NCBI GenBank assembly: GCA_963666975.2
Contig: CAXVYR010000003.1
Location: 544,001 to 608,000 of the forward strand
From: Terriglobia bacterium
GTDB lineage: Bacteria > Acidobacteriota > Terriglobia > 2-12-FULL-54-10
DNA: 64,000 bases
Reading direction: 5' to 3'
Shown: in pieces, positions 1 to 9,158 of the stretch
Position numbering within the stretch: position 1 is the first letter of the stretch
Layout of the letters: every line of letters begins with the position of its first letter
The notes under the pieces: model-generated
What the model was told of the DNA's origin: nothing
The model's database searches: none
The model's input: the letters and a program-made list of their open reading frames with translations, nothing else
Translations under genes and position numbers: made by a program

Positions 1-2
1 GG

Positions 3-1949
3 GTGCAAACTGTGGCTCTGCGGATTATCGTCGAGCGGGACCGGGAAATTCGGGACTTCCAGCGGGAAGAATATTGGACTATTACAATCAACCTGAGCGC
101 TCAAAATCCGCCGCCCTTCGATGCCAGACTGGTCAAGGTGCAAGGAAAAGATGTGATAACCGGCGGGGAGAGCGGGAATAAGAGCATCCTGGCGCAGTCG
201 GAAAAAGGGAAGTTTTTAATCAGCAATGAGGGCGAGGCTCAGAGCATTCGGGATCATCTGGCCCAGGAGCAGTTTGCCGTCAATTCGACCGCTACCAAGG
301 AGAGACGCCGCAATCCGGTACCGCCTTTCATTACCAGCAAGCTGCAACAGGATGCGGCCCGCAAGTTGCGCTTCAGCGTAAAGCGGACCATGGTGCTGGC
401 ACAACGGCTGTACGAGGGCGTGGAATGCGGCGAAGAGGGCGTTGTGGGTTTGATTACCTATATGCGCTCGGACTCCACGCGCGTTTCGCAAGATGCGCTG
501 GGCGAGGTGCGCGATCATATCCGCAGCAGCTACGGCGAAACCTACCTGCCGGAAGGTCCGAATTTTTACCGGAGCAAAAAGGGCGCGCAAGACGCGCACG
601 AGGCGATCCGTCCGACCTCTGTCCTGCGCACGCCGGACCGGATGACCCCGTATCTGTCAGAAGACGGAGCCAAGCTGTACCGGCTGATCTGGCAGCGCTT
701 TGTCGCTTCCCAGATGTTGCCGGCGCTCTTTGATCAGACAACGATTGAAATCCGGGCGGGCGAGTTTGGGCTCCGCGCCAGCGGGTCGGTTCGCAAGTTC
801 GACGGCTTTTTGAAGGTCTACGAAGAAGGCAAGGACCAAAAAGACGAAGAAGACGAGCAGTTGCAGCACACCCTGCCCCCGGTGACACAGGGAGAGCTGC
901 TGCGAATGCTTCAGGTCACGCCGGAACAGCACTTTACGGAGCCGCCTCCACGCTACAACGAAGCGACCCTGGTAAAAGAACTCGAAGAGAAGGGGATCGG
1001 ACGGCCTTCCACCTATGCCTCCATCCTCAGCACCATCCAAGACCGTGAATATGTGCAGAAACAGCAGGGGCGGTTATTCCCCACAGAGTTGGGAATGGTC
1101 GTGACTGACCTGCTGGTCGAGAACTTCACTGAGATTTTTGACGTCGCCTATACGGCCAAGATGGAAGACGCGCTGGATGAGATCGAAGAGGGGAAACAGG
1201 ATTGGGTTGCGGCTCTGAGCGATTTCTATAAGAAGTTTGCCAAGGATCTGAAATACGCCGAAAAACATATGGTCAATCTAAAGGCCATGGGAAAACCGAC
1301 GGATTTGCTTTGCGAGAAGTGCAACAGCCCGATGGTTGTGAAATGGGGCCGCCACGGAAGCTTCCTGGCCTGCTCGGCCTATCCGGATTGCACCAATACG
1401 CGCGAGGTCGCTGCCGCCTTGCCGGACTTGAATGTCTCCGAGATTCGGACAGAAGAGCCGGATGAACATTGCGAAAATTGCGGCCGTCCGATGGTTTTGA
1501 AACGCGGGCAATTCGGACAATTTCTGGCCTGCAGCGGCTACCCGGATTGCAAGACCACGCGCCAAATCGGCCAGGGGGAGAAAAAACCTGCGATTCCTAC
1601 GGATGAAAACTGCCCGCAGTGCAGCAGCCAGATGGTCATCCGCCAAGGACGGTTTGGCGAATTTACCGCCTGCAGCAACTACCCCAAATGCAAATACGTC
1701 AAGCAGAAGCTCATCGGGGTCCAGTGCCCGGAGTGCAACCAAGGCCAACTGGTGGAAAAGCGTTCGCGGTGGGGAAAAGCTTTTTACAGCTGCGAGCGTT
1801 ACCCCGAGTGCAAGTACAGCGTCCGAGATAAACCGGTTCCGCAGAAGTGTCCCCAGTGTGGATCGGCTTTCCTTCTCGAAAAAAATCGCAAGGACGGCAC
1901 CGTCCTGGAGTGCCCCGGCGAAAACTGCAACTACCAGCAAGCCGCCTAG
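3..1949 (+). CDS. topA: DNA topoisomerase I (5' end outside the window)
   Basis: QTVALRIIVEREREI-like start, LITYMRSDS active-site Tyr motif, QDAHEAIRPT, GIGRPSTYASI, several C-terminal C4 zinc ribbons. Confidence 0.97.
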   Translation: MQTVALRIIVERDREIRDFQREEYWTITINLSAQNPPPFDARLVKVQGKDVITGGESGNKSILAQSEKGKFLISNEGEAQSIRDHLAQEQFAVNSTATKERRRNPVPPFITSKLQQDAARKLRFSVKRTMVLAQRLYEGVECGEEGVVGLITYMRSDSTRVSQDALGEVRDHIRSSYGETYLPEGPNFYRSKKGAQDAHEAIRPTSVLRTPDRMTPYLSEDGAKLYRLIWQRFVASQMLPALFDQTTIEIRAGEFGLRASGSVRKFDGFLKVYEEGKDQKDEEDEQLQHTLPPVTQGELLRMLQVTPEQHFTEPPPRYNEATLVKELEEKGIGRPSTYASILSTIQDREYVQKQQGRLFPTELGMVVTDLLVENFTEIFDVAYTAKMEDALDEIEEGKQDWVAALSDFYKKFAKDLKYAEKHMVNLKAMGKPTDLLCEKCNSPMVVKWGRHGSFLACSAYPDCTNTREVAAALPDLNVSEIRTEEPDEHCENCGRPMVLKRGQFGQFLACSGYPDCKTTRQIGQGEKKPAIPTDENCPQCSSQMVIRQGRFGEFTACSNYPKCKYVKQKLIGVQCPECNQGQLVEKRSRWGKAFYSCERYPECKYSVRDKPVPQKCPQCGSAFLLEKNRKDGTVLECPGENCNYQQAA

Positions 1950-2106
1950 TGGTTTGCAAGTGTGCTGTTGCTGTCGCCCAAACGGGACCGCCGTCCGGAC
2001 ACACGATGAGCACTCCAGTTGCTTCCAGGCACAAATAACCCCGGCTGTTTCTCCTTTCACTGCACGAGTCTTGGAAATTTCCTCTGGCTGCCTGTAAGCT
2101 GGCAAA

Positions 2107-3201
2107 ATGATGCAGGCGGCCAAGCAGAAACCTTCGGGCAGGGAACTGTTGCGCAGCTTGCTGCGCAACTCGCCGTTTGTCCTGAAAAACTTCAGGCATT
2201 ACTTTCAGAATCTTTACCGCCGCAAAATCCTGCGCACCAACGTCATTGCCCCTTACGCCGCTGTGCTTTACGCAACCCACAGATGCAACCTGGCCTGCAC
2301 CTACTGCACGCAGAAGGAACCGGACGTATTCAGCGACGAACTTTCCACCCAGGACACGATTCGCCTGCTTCGGATCATCCGGAGAGAGACCGACTCAATT
2401 CTGTTCACCGGCGGCGAGCCGCTCCTGCGCAATGACATTGAAGAGCTGGCGCGTGCCGCCCGCCAGGATTTGCAGTTCCGTTCCGTCCTTCTGGTGACCA
2501 ACGGCACTTTGTTGCACCGTCGGCAGAAACTGTTCGATTCGCTCACCGGCCTGATCGTTAGTCTGGACGCGCTCAGTCTGGACGCGCTCCGTGACGATAG
2601 GCCCGGTGGAGACGAGCAAATGTCCCTGTCGAAGCCAGCCGTGGTGCCCAAGGTGTTGGAGCACTTGCAACTGGCTCGCTCCCGCATGCCTTCCGCGCGG
2701 AGCATCACGGTCAGTACTGTGATCGAGGAATGGAACATCGGAGAGATCGAACGGATTCTCGACTACTGCGGGGAGCAAGGTTTTGTTTTCGCCACCCAAG
2801 CGGCGCTCCAAGGTAAGATGCCGAACCTGCGCCTGCTTTCTAATCCGCGCTACCGGCGTCTGGTGGACAAAATCGTAGAGCGCCGGCGGCAGGCCGCCCA
2901 GCCTGTCAACGGCACGCCGCGCCTTCTTCGTACCTTGCTCGAGTTCGGCGATTTCCAGTGCCACCCTACGATGTTTCCCCGTGTCTATCCGAACGGCGAT
3001 GTCTTCTATCCCTGCGAGCCGCTGAAGAAGATCGGCGGAAACTTATTGCGAGAGGGATCCTTTACCAAGGTCTTTGCGCGGGGAAAGAAACTTTACGGAG
3101 ACATCCCTGCCTGCCAGGGAATTTGCCACCTGTTCGGAAACGTAGTTTCCTCATATTACGCCAAAGACTTCTGGAGCTTGGCCGGGGACTCTGTCCGCTG
3201 A
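2107..3201 (+). CDS. Radical SAM protein with a C-terminal SPASM/twitch-like Cys region
   Basis: CNLACTYC (CxxxCxxC), FTGGEPLLR, VTNG, C-terminal C...PNGDVFYPC...CQGIC. Confidence 0.9.
   Translation: MMQAAKQKPSGRELLRSLLRNSPFVLKNFRHYFQNLYRRKILRTNVIAPYAAVLYATHRCNLACTYCTQKEPDVFSDELSTQDTIRLLRIIRRETDSILFTGGEPLLRNDIEELARAARQDLQFRSVLLVTNGTLLHRRQKLFDSLTGLIVSLDALSLDALRDDRPGGDEQMSLSKPAVVPKVLEHLQLARSRMPSARSITVSTVIEEWNIGEIERILDYCGEQGFVFATQAALQGKMPNLRLLSNPRYRRLVDKIVERRRQAAQPVNGTPRLLRTLLEFGDFQCHPTMFPRVYPNGDVFYPCEPLKKIGGNLLREGSFTKVFARGKKLYGDIPACQGICHLFGNVVSSYYAKDFWSLAGDSVR
2560..2589. repeat. 15-bp perfect tandem duplication, in frame (SLDAL x2)
   Basis: AGTCTGGACGCGCTC twice in succession. Confidence 0.9.
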
Positions 3202-3230
3202 GCTGTAAATTATTATAGGGCAGCCGGAAG

Positions 3231-3839
3231 CTACCCGATCACGGGCAGTTCCTTGCGCAAGTGGTTGCGCAAGGTGGTCTCTGCAATCTGCGCCAGGTGC
3301 CCCGAAAAGAAACCATCGTAGTGAAAAGCGGCAGTGGTTTCCTGGAATTCGACCAGTAGTTGCCAGCCACCGCCGGCTTCTTCCGCGCGGACCGAGGAAA
3401 CGACAGGCCAGGGAATCTCAAGCAATGGGCGATGTTCGAGATCGAGCACGTGGAAGCGTTCCGGAGCAATAAACAGACGTGCCGGCAGTGTCTTCCCGTC
3501 TGTACGCCGGAATCGCCCGCCGTTCAGCACCACTAACGCTCCCAGCTCCCGCGCTTGCTCATCCACGGACTTTTCTTGCTGAGCAGGACGTACCGCCAGG
3601 GCCAGTAAAATCAGCAGCAGGGCAAACAGGTGAAATCCGATTGAGGTTTCCGGAGCAGCAAACAAGAGGACTCCAATCACTGCCACTCCGAACCGGAGCA
3701 GATTCCACAATCCTGGACGCTTACGCAGGCTCAGCGTCTTGGGAATCAGCAGCACCAGGGCAAACAGAAACCACAGTGCCGCACGCCGCAGACGGTTGGA
3801 CCAGCGCACTTCCGTTTGTTTGAATGAGTCATTTGCCAT
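3231..3839 (-). CDS. Hypothetical membrane protein (about 3 TM helices plus a PH-like beta C-terminus)
   Basis: 202-aa ORF filling the gap between genes; hydrophobic N-half; LLEIPWPVVSSVRAE resembles PH-type folds. Confidence 0.65.
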   Translation of the reverse strand: MANDSFKQTEVRWSNRLRRAALWFLFALVLLIPKTLSLRKRPGLWNLLRFGVAVIGVLLFAAPETSIGFHLFALLLILLALAVRPAQQEKSVDEQARELGALVVLNGGRFRRTDGKTLPARLFIAPERFHVLDLEHRPLLEIPWPVVSSVRAEEAGGGWQLLVEFQETTAAFHYDGFFSGHLAQIAETTLRNHLRKELPVIG

Positions 3840-3999
3840 ATTTTAGAGACGGCCAACATTCCCGCCCAGCCGAGGACCGTGGTGCGATCTGCGTGCAGCG
3901 CCAAGATACAGACTCAGGCGCTTCGAGGTCTCGCCATGCCGCCATGATCTAATATTATAATGCGCTATAATCAAGCCGCGCGAATTAAGCGCGTCAGGG

Positions 4000-5457
4000 T
4001 TGCCTTTGACTTCCACCTTTCGGGTTCGCTTTGCTCCTTCTCCAACAGGCTATTTGCATGTGGGAGGAGCCCGCACGGCTCTGTTCAACTGGCTCTTTGC
4101 CAGGCGCACCGGAGCCACTTTCGTCCTGCGGATTGAGGACACCGATGCCGAGCGCTCCAGCGCGGAGATGGTGGAAGGCATCTTGACCAGCATGAGATGG
4201 CTGGGCCTGGAATGGGATGAAGGGCCTTTTTATCAATCGCAACGATTGGATTTGTACCGCGCTATCGCGCAAAAGCTGATGGAAGCGGACCACGCCTACC
4301 GCTGCTATTGCACGCCGGAAGAGTTGACTGCGCGCCGGGCGAAGGACGAAAACACCCGGCAGGCGTGGGAGTACGATGGCCGCTGCCGGTCGCTCTCTCC
4401 GGACCAGAAACGGCAGATGGCCGCAGAGAAGCGCTCTTTTGTCGTCCGCTTTCATGTTCCCGAGACGGGGCGCACCGAATTTCACGATACGGTCTTTGGA
4501 AACGTCTCGTTCTCCAATGACGAGATCGAGGACTTTGTACTGCTGCGCTCCGACGGGCTGCCCACCTACCACCTCAGCGTGGTGGCCGACGATTGCGATA
4601 TGCGCATCACGCACGTCATCCGCGGGGCCGATCATCTGTCCAATACTCCCAAACACGTCTTGCTGTACCGCGCCCTGGAGCAGCCGGTTCCTGTTTTTGC
4701 TCACGTGCCGCTTATTTTGGGTGAGGATCGTTCGCGACTCAGCAAGCGCCACGGGGCCACGGCCGTCAGCGCTTATCGCGAGCGCGGCCTGCTGCCGGAG
4801 GCCTTTCGCAATTTTCTGGCGCTGCTCGGATGGTCTCCGGGTGACAATCGGGAGCTGCTGCGAACCGGAGAGCTGATCCAGGCGTTTTCGCTCGAAGCCA
4901 TCAGCAAGAGTAACGCCGTCTTCAACCTTCCGAAGCTGGAGTGGTTCAATGCGGAATATATGCAGCTACTCACTGCGGAAGAGTTGGCGCCCATGGCGGA
5001 GGAATCGCTGTTGGTTGCCGGATGCTGGGATGCGTCGTGGGGAGGGGAGGGCCGGGAATGGTTCCTGCGCGCGCTGAAATTGCTCCAGCCGCGTCTGCGG
5101 ACCTTCAAAGACCTCTCCGGCTCGGCAAGAGCCTATTTCCGGGACGACTACCCGCTGGACCCGTCTGCGGTGAGGAAATTTTGGAAGGACCCGCTTTTGG
5201 CGGAGTTGTTGCCTGTCTTGGCGGAAGATTTGGCTCAATTGCCTCAGTTCGGCGAAGCAGAGGCGGAGAAGGCGCTACGAGCGCTTGCAGCGAACCAAGG
5301 TGTGAAGGCGGGTTTGTTGATTAACGCTTCCCGTGTAGCCTTGACCGGGCAGGCCGTGGCTCCGAGCCTGTTTGCGGTGATGGGACTATTGGGGCAAGAA
5401 AAGACGGTTGCTCGTCTTCGCGCTGCTGGCAGTCAACTTCCAACGCAAGCGGGATGA
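4000..5457 (+). CDS. gltX: Glutamate--tRNA ligase
   Basis: RVRFAPSPTGYLHVGG (HIGH), LRIEDTD, THVIRGADH, RLSKRHG (KMSKS). Confidence 0.97.
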   Translation: MPLTSTFRVRFAPSPTGYLHVGGARTALFNWLFARRTGATFVLRIEDTDAERSSAEMVEGILTSMRWLGLEWDEGPFYQSQRLDLYRAIAQKLMEADHAYRCYCTPEELTARRAKDENTRQAWEYDGRCRSLSPDQKRQMAAEKRSFVVRFHVPETGRTEFHDTVFGNVSFSNDEIEDFVLLRSDGLPTYHLSVVADDCDMRITHVIRGADHLSNTPKHVLLYRALEQPVPVFAHVPLILGEDRSRLSKRHGATAVSAYRERGLLPEAFRNFLALLGWSPGDNRELLRTGELIQAFSLEAISKSNAVFNLPKLEWFNAEYMQLLTAEELAPMAEESLLVAGCWDASWGGEGREWFLRALKLLQPRLRTFKDLSGSARAYFRDDYPLDPSAVRKFWKDPLLAELLPVLAEDLAQLPQFGEAEAEKALRALAANQGVKAGLLINASRVALTGQAVAPSLFAVMGLLGQEKTVARLRAAGSQLPTQAG

Positions 5458-5463
5458 GGCGGC

Positions 5464-6027
5464 TTACTCGGTAGGCGCTCCGTTGAGAAGGGTCAGCAAA
5501 TCATCCTCGATGATATCCCGGCTCACCAGTCCCCGGTGCATGGAGTAATACTTCCCGTCGCGATCCACCATATAGGTGGTCGGAAGACCCAGGACTCCGC
5601 CGAACTGCTCGGTGACCTCTTCATCCCCCAGCAGAACCGTATAGGTCATGCCGTGTTTTTCCATAAAAGGCTTTACTACTTCCGCCCCCTCGTCGTCCAA
5701 GGAGATGCCGATCACCTCAAACCCTTGCGGCCCGTACTGCTCCTGAAACTCTAGGAACCAGGGAATCTCGATGAGGCAGGGTTGGCACCATGTAGCCCAG
5801 AAGTTCACCAATAATACCTTGTCCTTGAAGTCAGCCATGCGGACCGTCGCGCCGTCCACGTCGGGCAATTCAAAAGCCGCCGCCTCTTTTCCCCGAATCT
5901 CCGGGACCGAGGGCGGCCTGACGGCGACGTTGCCGGCTACATCTTGCGTGGAGCGCTCTTGCACCCAAAAAAGCCCCATGGCTACTGCCGCTAAAAGCAA
6001 CCCTAGTGTTAATAACTTTCGACTCAA
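5464..6027 (-). CDS. TlpA/ResA-family thiol-disulfide oxidoreductase
   Basis: N-terminal TM anchor, LLVNFWATWCQPC, GLPTTYMVDRDG. Confidence 0.93.
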   Translation of the reverse strand: MSRKLLTLGLLLAAVAMGLFWVQERSTQDVAGNVAVRPPSVPEIRGKEAAAFELPDVDGATVRMADFKDKVLLVNFWATWCQPCLIEIPWFLEFQEQYGPQGFEVIGISLDDEGAEVVKPFMEKHGMTYTVLLGDEEVTEQFGGVLGLPTTYMVDRDGKYYSMHRGLVSRDIIEDDLLTLLNGAPTE

Positions 6028-6134
6028 TTTATTCTCCTCCTATCTTTCTCGGTATCGCAGGCAGAGCCAGGCAACTTGTCCTTGCCCTTATGCATTATAC
6101 TGTCTGCGATAGCTCCGGCAGCCGCTTTTCCTTA

Positions 6135-6857
6135 TTACAGAGCAAATCGGTTGAGAAAAGAGAGATAGCCCGCTAGCCGCGTGAATTGATTGGTAAAGAT
6201 CATCGCTCCCAGCACGATCAGCACGAACCCGGAAAACACCTCCACTTGGTGCAGGTGTGCGCGGAAGCGATTATAAAACTTCAAGAAGTGGTTGATGCCC
6301 AGGCTGGTAAGCAAAAATGGGACCGCCAGGCCCAGCGAGTACAGCGACAGCAAGAAGATGCCCTCCCAAACCGTTTCCCGGCTGGCCGCCACGCCCAGAA
6401 TCGTTGCGAGAATCGGACCGATGCAGGGAGTCCATCCAAAGGCGAACGCCAATCCGATGACCAGCGACCCCCCGGCAGAGGCCGGTTTCCCCGCCGACTG
6501 GAAACGCTTCTCCCGGTTGAACAGACCGATCTTCAAGATGCCCGTAAGGTGAAGTCCGAAAATGATGATCAGCACGCCGGCGATCTTATAGAGGATCGAC
6601 ATGCGCGATAACAACGTTTGCCCCAGCCATGTCGCAGAGGCTCCCAAGCTGATAAAGACGATGGAAAATCCCAGGATGAATAGCAGGGAATGGAGCAAGA
6701 CCTTGTCAAAAACTTTGGTGTCGCTCCCCGTTTTCAGTTCATCCACGCTGGCGCCGGAGATCATGGAGATATAGCCGGGAACCAGCGGGATCACGCAAGG
6801 CGAAAGAAAAGAAATTAGGCCGGCGGCAAAAGCTGCCAGCAGGGAAACGCCTTCCAT
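6135..6857 (-). CDS. ccdA: Cytochrome c biogenesis protein CcdA
   Basis: SFLSPCVIPLVPGY and FAFGWTPCIGPIL motifs, about 6 TM helices, next to TlpA. Confidence 0.95.
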   Translation of the reverse strand: MEGVSLLAAFAAGLISFLSPCVIPLVPGYISMISGASVDELKTGSDTKVFDKVLLHSLLFILGFSIVFISLGASATWLGQTLLSRMSILYKIAGVLIIIFGLHLTGILKIGLFNREKRFQSAGKPASAGGSLVIGLAFAFGWTPCIGPILATILGVAASRETVWEGIFLLSLYSLGLAVPFLLTSLGINHFLKFYNRFRAHLHQVEVFSGFVLIVLGAMIFTNQFTRLAGYLSFLNRFAL

Positions 6858-7029
6858 AAAGCAGATACCTCACTTCCCAATACTTCCGTGCCCGGCGGTT
6901 CGCGGGACCTTCACTTGCTTGTAGCAGGTCTTGGGGAACCCTGCGAGCATCATGCACTATTATAGATTGCACCAGGCCCCAAAAGGTCGCAAAATTCAGC
7001 CGCAAAGGCTATGTCTCGTTTGACACCCA

Positions 7030-7370
7030 GAGTATCGTAGAAGTGATTGGAGCCCTGGAGAGTGAGAATCCACCGCCGGCTGCCTTCCAGGCGCTTCCTC
7101 CCGTACCTCAAGCCGGGTTCCCCGGTCGACGCCAAACTGGTCGACCAAGTTCGCCTCGGGGGAGGCCAGCCGGACCCGCTGGTTGGGGTCGTCGTTGAAA
7201 TGCTGCACCGTTATTCCGTCGCACCGGAACGGCAGATTCATTGCGTCCTCTTGCTTCCAGTCATAGCGCACAGAGTCGAGAATTGCGCGGCCTTTGTCTT
7301 CTAAGATGTATTGCGCGGCCTTTGTCTTCTAAGATGTAGAGAACTTGGCCGCCCTGGTGCCGGCAATCAG
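7030..7370 (-). pseudogene. Decayed cupin-domain protein fragment, frameshifted by a 28-bp duplication
   Basis: Removing one repeat copy gives RHQGGQVLYILEDKGRAILDSVRYDWKQEDAMNLPFRCDGITVQHFNDDPNQRVRL, a cupin motif 1/2 pattern; no intact start upstream. Confidence 0.55.
7283..7338. repeat. 28-bp perfect tandem duplication
   Basis: TTGCGCGGCCTTTGTCTTCTAAGATGTA at 7283-7310 and 7311-7338. Confidence 0.95.
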
Positions 7371-7476
7371 GCAGAGAGTTTTGGAATGAAAAAAGAGGCA
7401 GGGTAGGCTGGATGCACAGTAGTTCCGAGCCGCGCACCTGAACGAACGGCGAAGGAAAAGCAAATATGCAGGGGAA

Positions 7477-7737
7477 TTATTTCTGGAAGTGCTCGGTGTT
7501 GATCCGCTCGTAGTCTTTCCACTTTTCCGGCAACTCGTCCAGCGCAAAGATGGCTGTTACGGGGCATACCGGAACGCAGGCGCCACAGTCGATGCACTCT
7601 ACCGGGTCGATATAAAGCTGCTGGGCGGCATCATAGCCTTCCGCATCCTTCTTGGGGTGGATGCAGTCCACGGGACAGGCGTCAACACAAGAGGTGTCTT
7701 TGGTGCCAATGCACGGTTCAGCAATGATGTATGACAT
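7477..7737 (-). CDS. Dicluster ferredoxin (FdxA/7Fe type)
   Basis: MSYIIAEPCIGTKDTSCVDACPVDCIH...CIDCGACVPVCPV. Confidence 0.95.
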   Translation of the reverse strand: MSYIIAEPCIGTKDTSCVDACPVDCIHPKKDAEGYDAAQQLYIDPVECIDCGACVPVCPVTAIFALDELPEKWKDYERINTEHFQK

Positions 7738-7797
7738 GGTTTCCCTCTTCCACCCGGAGGCAGGCAGGGGCCACTCCAGGAGCTTGTTGTGGGGCGG

Positions 7798-8076
7798 TTA
7801 GCCACCGGAAGCCTTTTTCAAGGCAAAGACAATACGGAGGAGCTTGGCCCGATCAGGGTCTGGCAAGTCCCGGATGCGCTTTTTGCTCTCAGAGAGCAGA
7901 GAACCCAAGGTGGTGCGAAGCGCTGGAAATCTCCGCGCCAAGTCCGCAACCCGCTCATCCACAGAAACTTGAACCCCCTGTCCGTGAAGCGAACTGCTGG
8001 GAACTTTCCCTTTTCCTCTGCCCCTGGGCCGTTTGGCTGCCCGGGTTTTTCGGCTGCTCAAGATCATGGGCATCAC
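7798..8076 (-). CDS. Small basic hypothetical protein upstream of the ferredoxin
   Basis: 92-aa ORF co-oriented with the ferredoxin with a helical-looking C-half; no recognisable motif. Confidence 0.35.
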   Translation of the reverse strand: MMPMILSSRKTRAAKRPRGRGKGKVPSSSLHGQGVQVSVDERVADLARRFPALRTTLGSLLSESKKRIRDLPDPDRAKLLRIVFALKKASGG

Positions 8077-8194
8077 CGTTTCTCCCGAGAACTTGCTTCC
8101 GACCGTTCGGAACTGAATTTAATCATTAGGATCACTCCACAAGGCACCGACACCAAACCTAGCTCCAGCCCCTGTAACTGTGGCCTTCGGTGCA

Positions 8195-8290
8195 CTGGAA
8201 AAAATATTATACTCGACAAGTCAAGTTTGTCAACATAAATGTTTAAAAAATATGTTTATTATATTGCAGAATCTTCAACTTACAACCTAT
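8195..8290. promoter_or_regulatory. AT-rich divergent promoter region with inverted repeats (candidate SufR-type operator)
   Basis: GACAA-N7-TTGTC at 8215-8231 and CAAC-N6-GTTT (core palindrome AACAT-AA-ATGTT) at 8231-8244, between divergent genes. Confidence 0.5.
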
Positions 8291-8319
8291 ACTGCCTGTT
8301 GGCGGTATAAGAAGCTACT

Positions 8320-8985
8320 ATGGCAGAGGAAGTCGGTCAGGACAGCACGCGAAAGAAGATTCTCCGTTTCATCAAGATCACGGGCCGGCCCGCGATCTCG
8401 GAGATCAGCCAAGCCTTGGGCATTACCTCGATGGCCGTCCGCCGACATGTGCTCGGATTGCAGAGCTCCGGGCTGCTGCGCATGGAGATGGAGCGTCGCC
8501 CCAAGGGCCGTCCGGCTGCCCTTTGCCTGCTTACCGATTTGGGAGACAGCCTGTTTCCGAAAACCTACGACCGTTTTTCCATGGAACTGATCCAATGCCT
8601 GGCCTATTTGGATGGGGAAGAAAAGGTCAACCGGCTTTTTGAAAAATATAAAGAACGCATGGTGGCGAAGTTTGCCGGGCGCATGGAGGGGAAAAACCGG
8701 GAAGACCGGGTCCGTGAAGCCGTAGCAATCCTTTGCGAACAAGGCTACATGGCGGAATTGCATAAGGTGGATGAGAGGACGTATTTCGTCACGGAGCACA
8801 ACTGCGCCATAGCCCATATTGCCCGCCAATATCCGCGAGCCTGCGAGGAAGAGCTTTGCTTCCTGACGCAGATACTCCGGGCGGATGTCCAGCGCCACGC
8901 CCACATCTTGAAAGGCGACTTGGAGTGCACCTATCGCATTCAATTTCCCTCCAAAGGAAAACCTGCCCTCAAAAGCAAGCACTAA
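8320..8985 (+). CDS. SufR-like Fe-S-sensing transcriptional regulator (winged HTH)
   Basis: N-terminal HTH (ISEISQALGITSMAVRRHV, GRP), C-terminal EHNC-x12-CEEE...C cluster-ligand pattern. Confidence 0.85.
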   Translation: MAEEVGQDSTRKKILRFIKITGRPAISEISQALGITSMAVRRHVLGLQSSGLLRMEMERRPKGRPAALCLLTDLGDSLFPKTYDRFSMELIQCLAYLDGEEKVNRLFEKYKERMVAKFAGRMEGKNREDRVREAVAILCEQGYMAELHKVDERTYFVTEHNCAIAHIARQYPRACEEELCFLTQILRADVQRHAHILKGDLECTYRIQFPSKGKPALKSKH

Positions 8986-9158
8986 TGCTGGAAGAGCGGA
9001 AAAGTACGCTGTGCAGGAAACAGTATTGCTTTTGTATTTACAGGACCGGGCCTGCCTCTTGTATTGTTTCCTTGCAATGATGGTATAAAGTATAGTTTCC
9101 GTAGCGGTTCAGGAATGGACCGTGGATCATTTCCTCGCTTGGGACTGATAAAAAAACC

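Noticed and set aside
7283-7338. 28-bp direct repeat as a CRISPR remnant
   Set aside because: Two adjacent copies with no spacer and no cas genes; it is a duplication within a pseudogene
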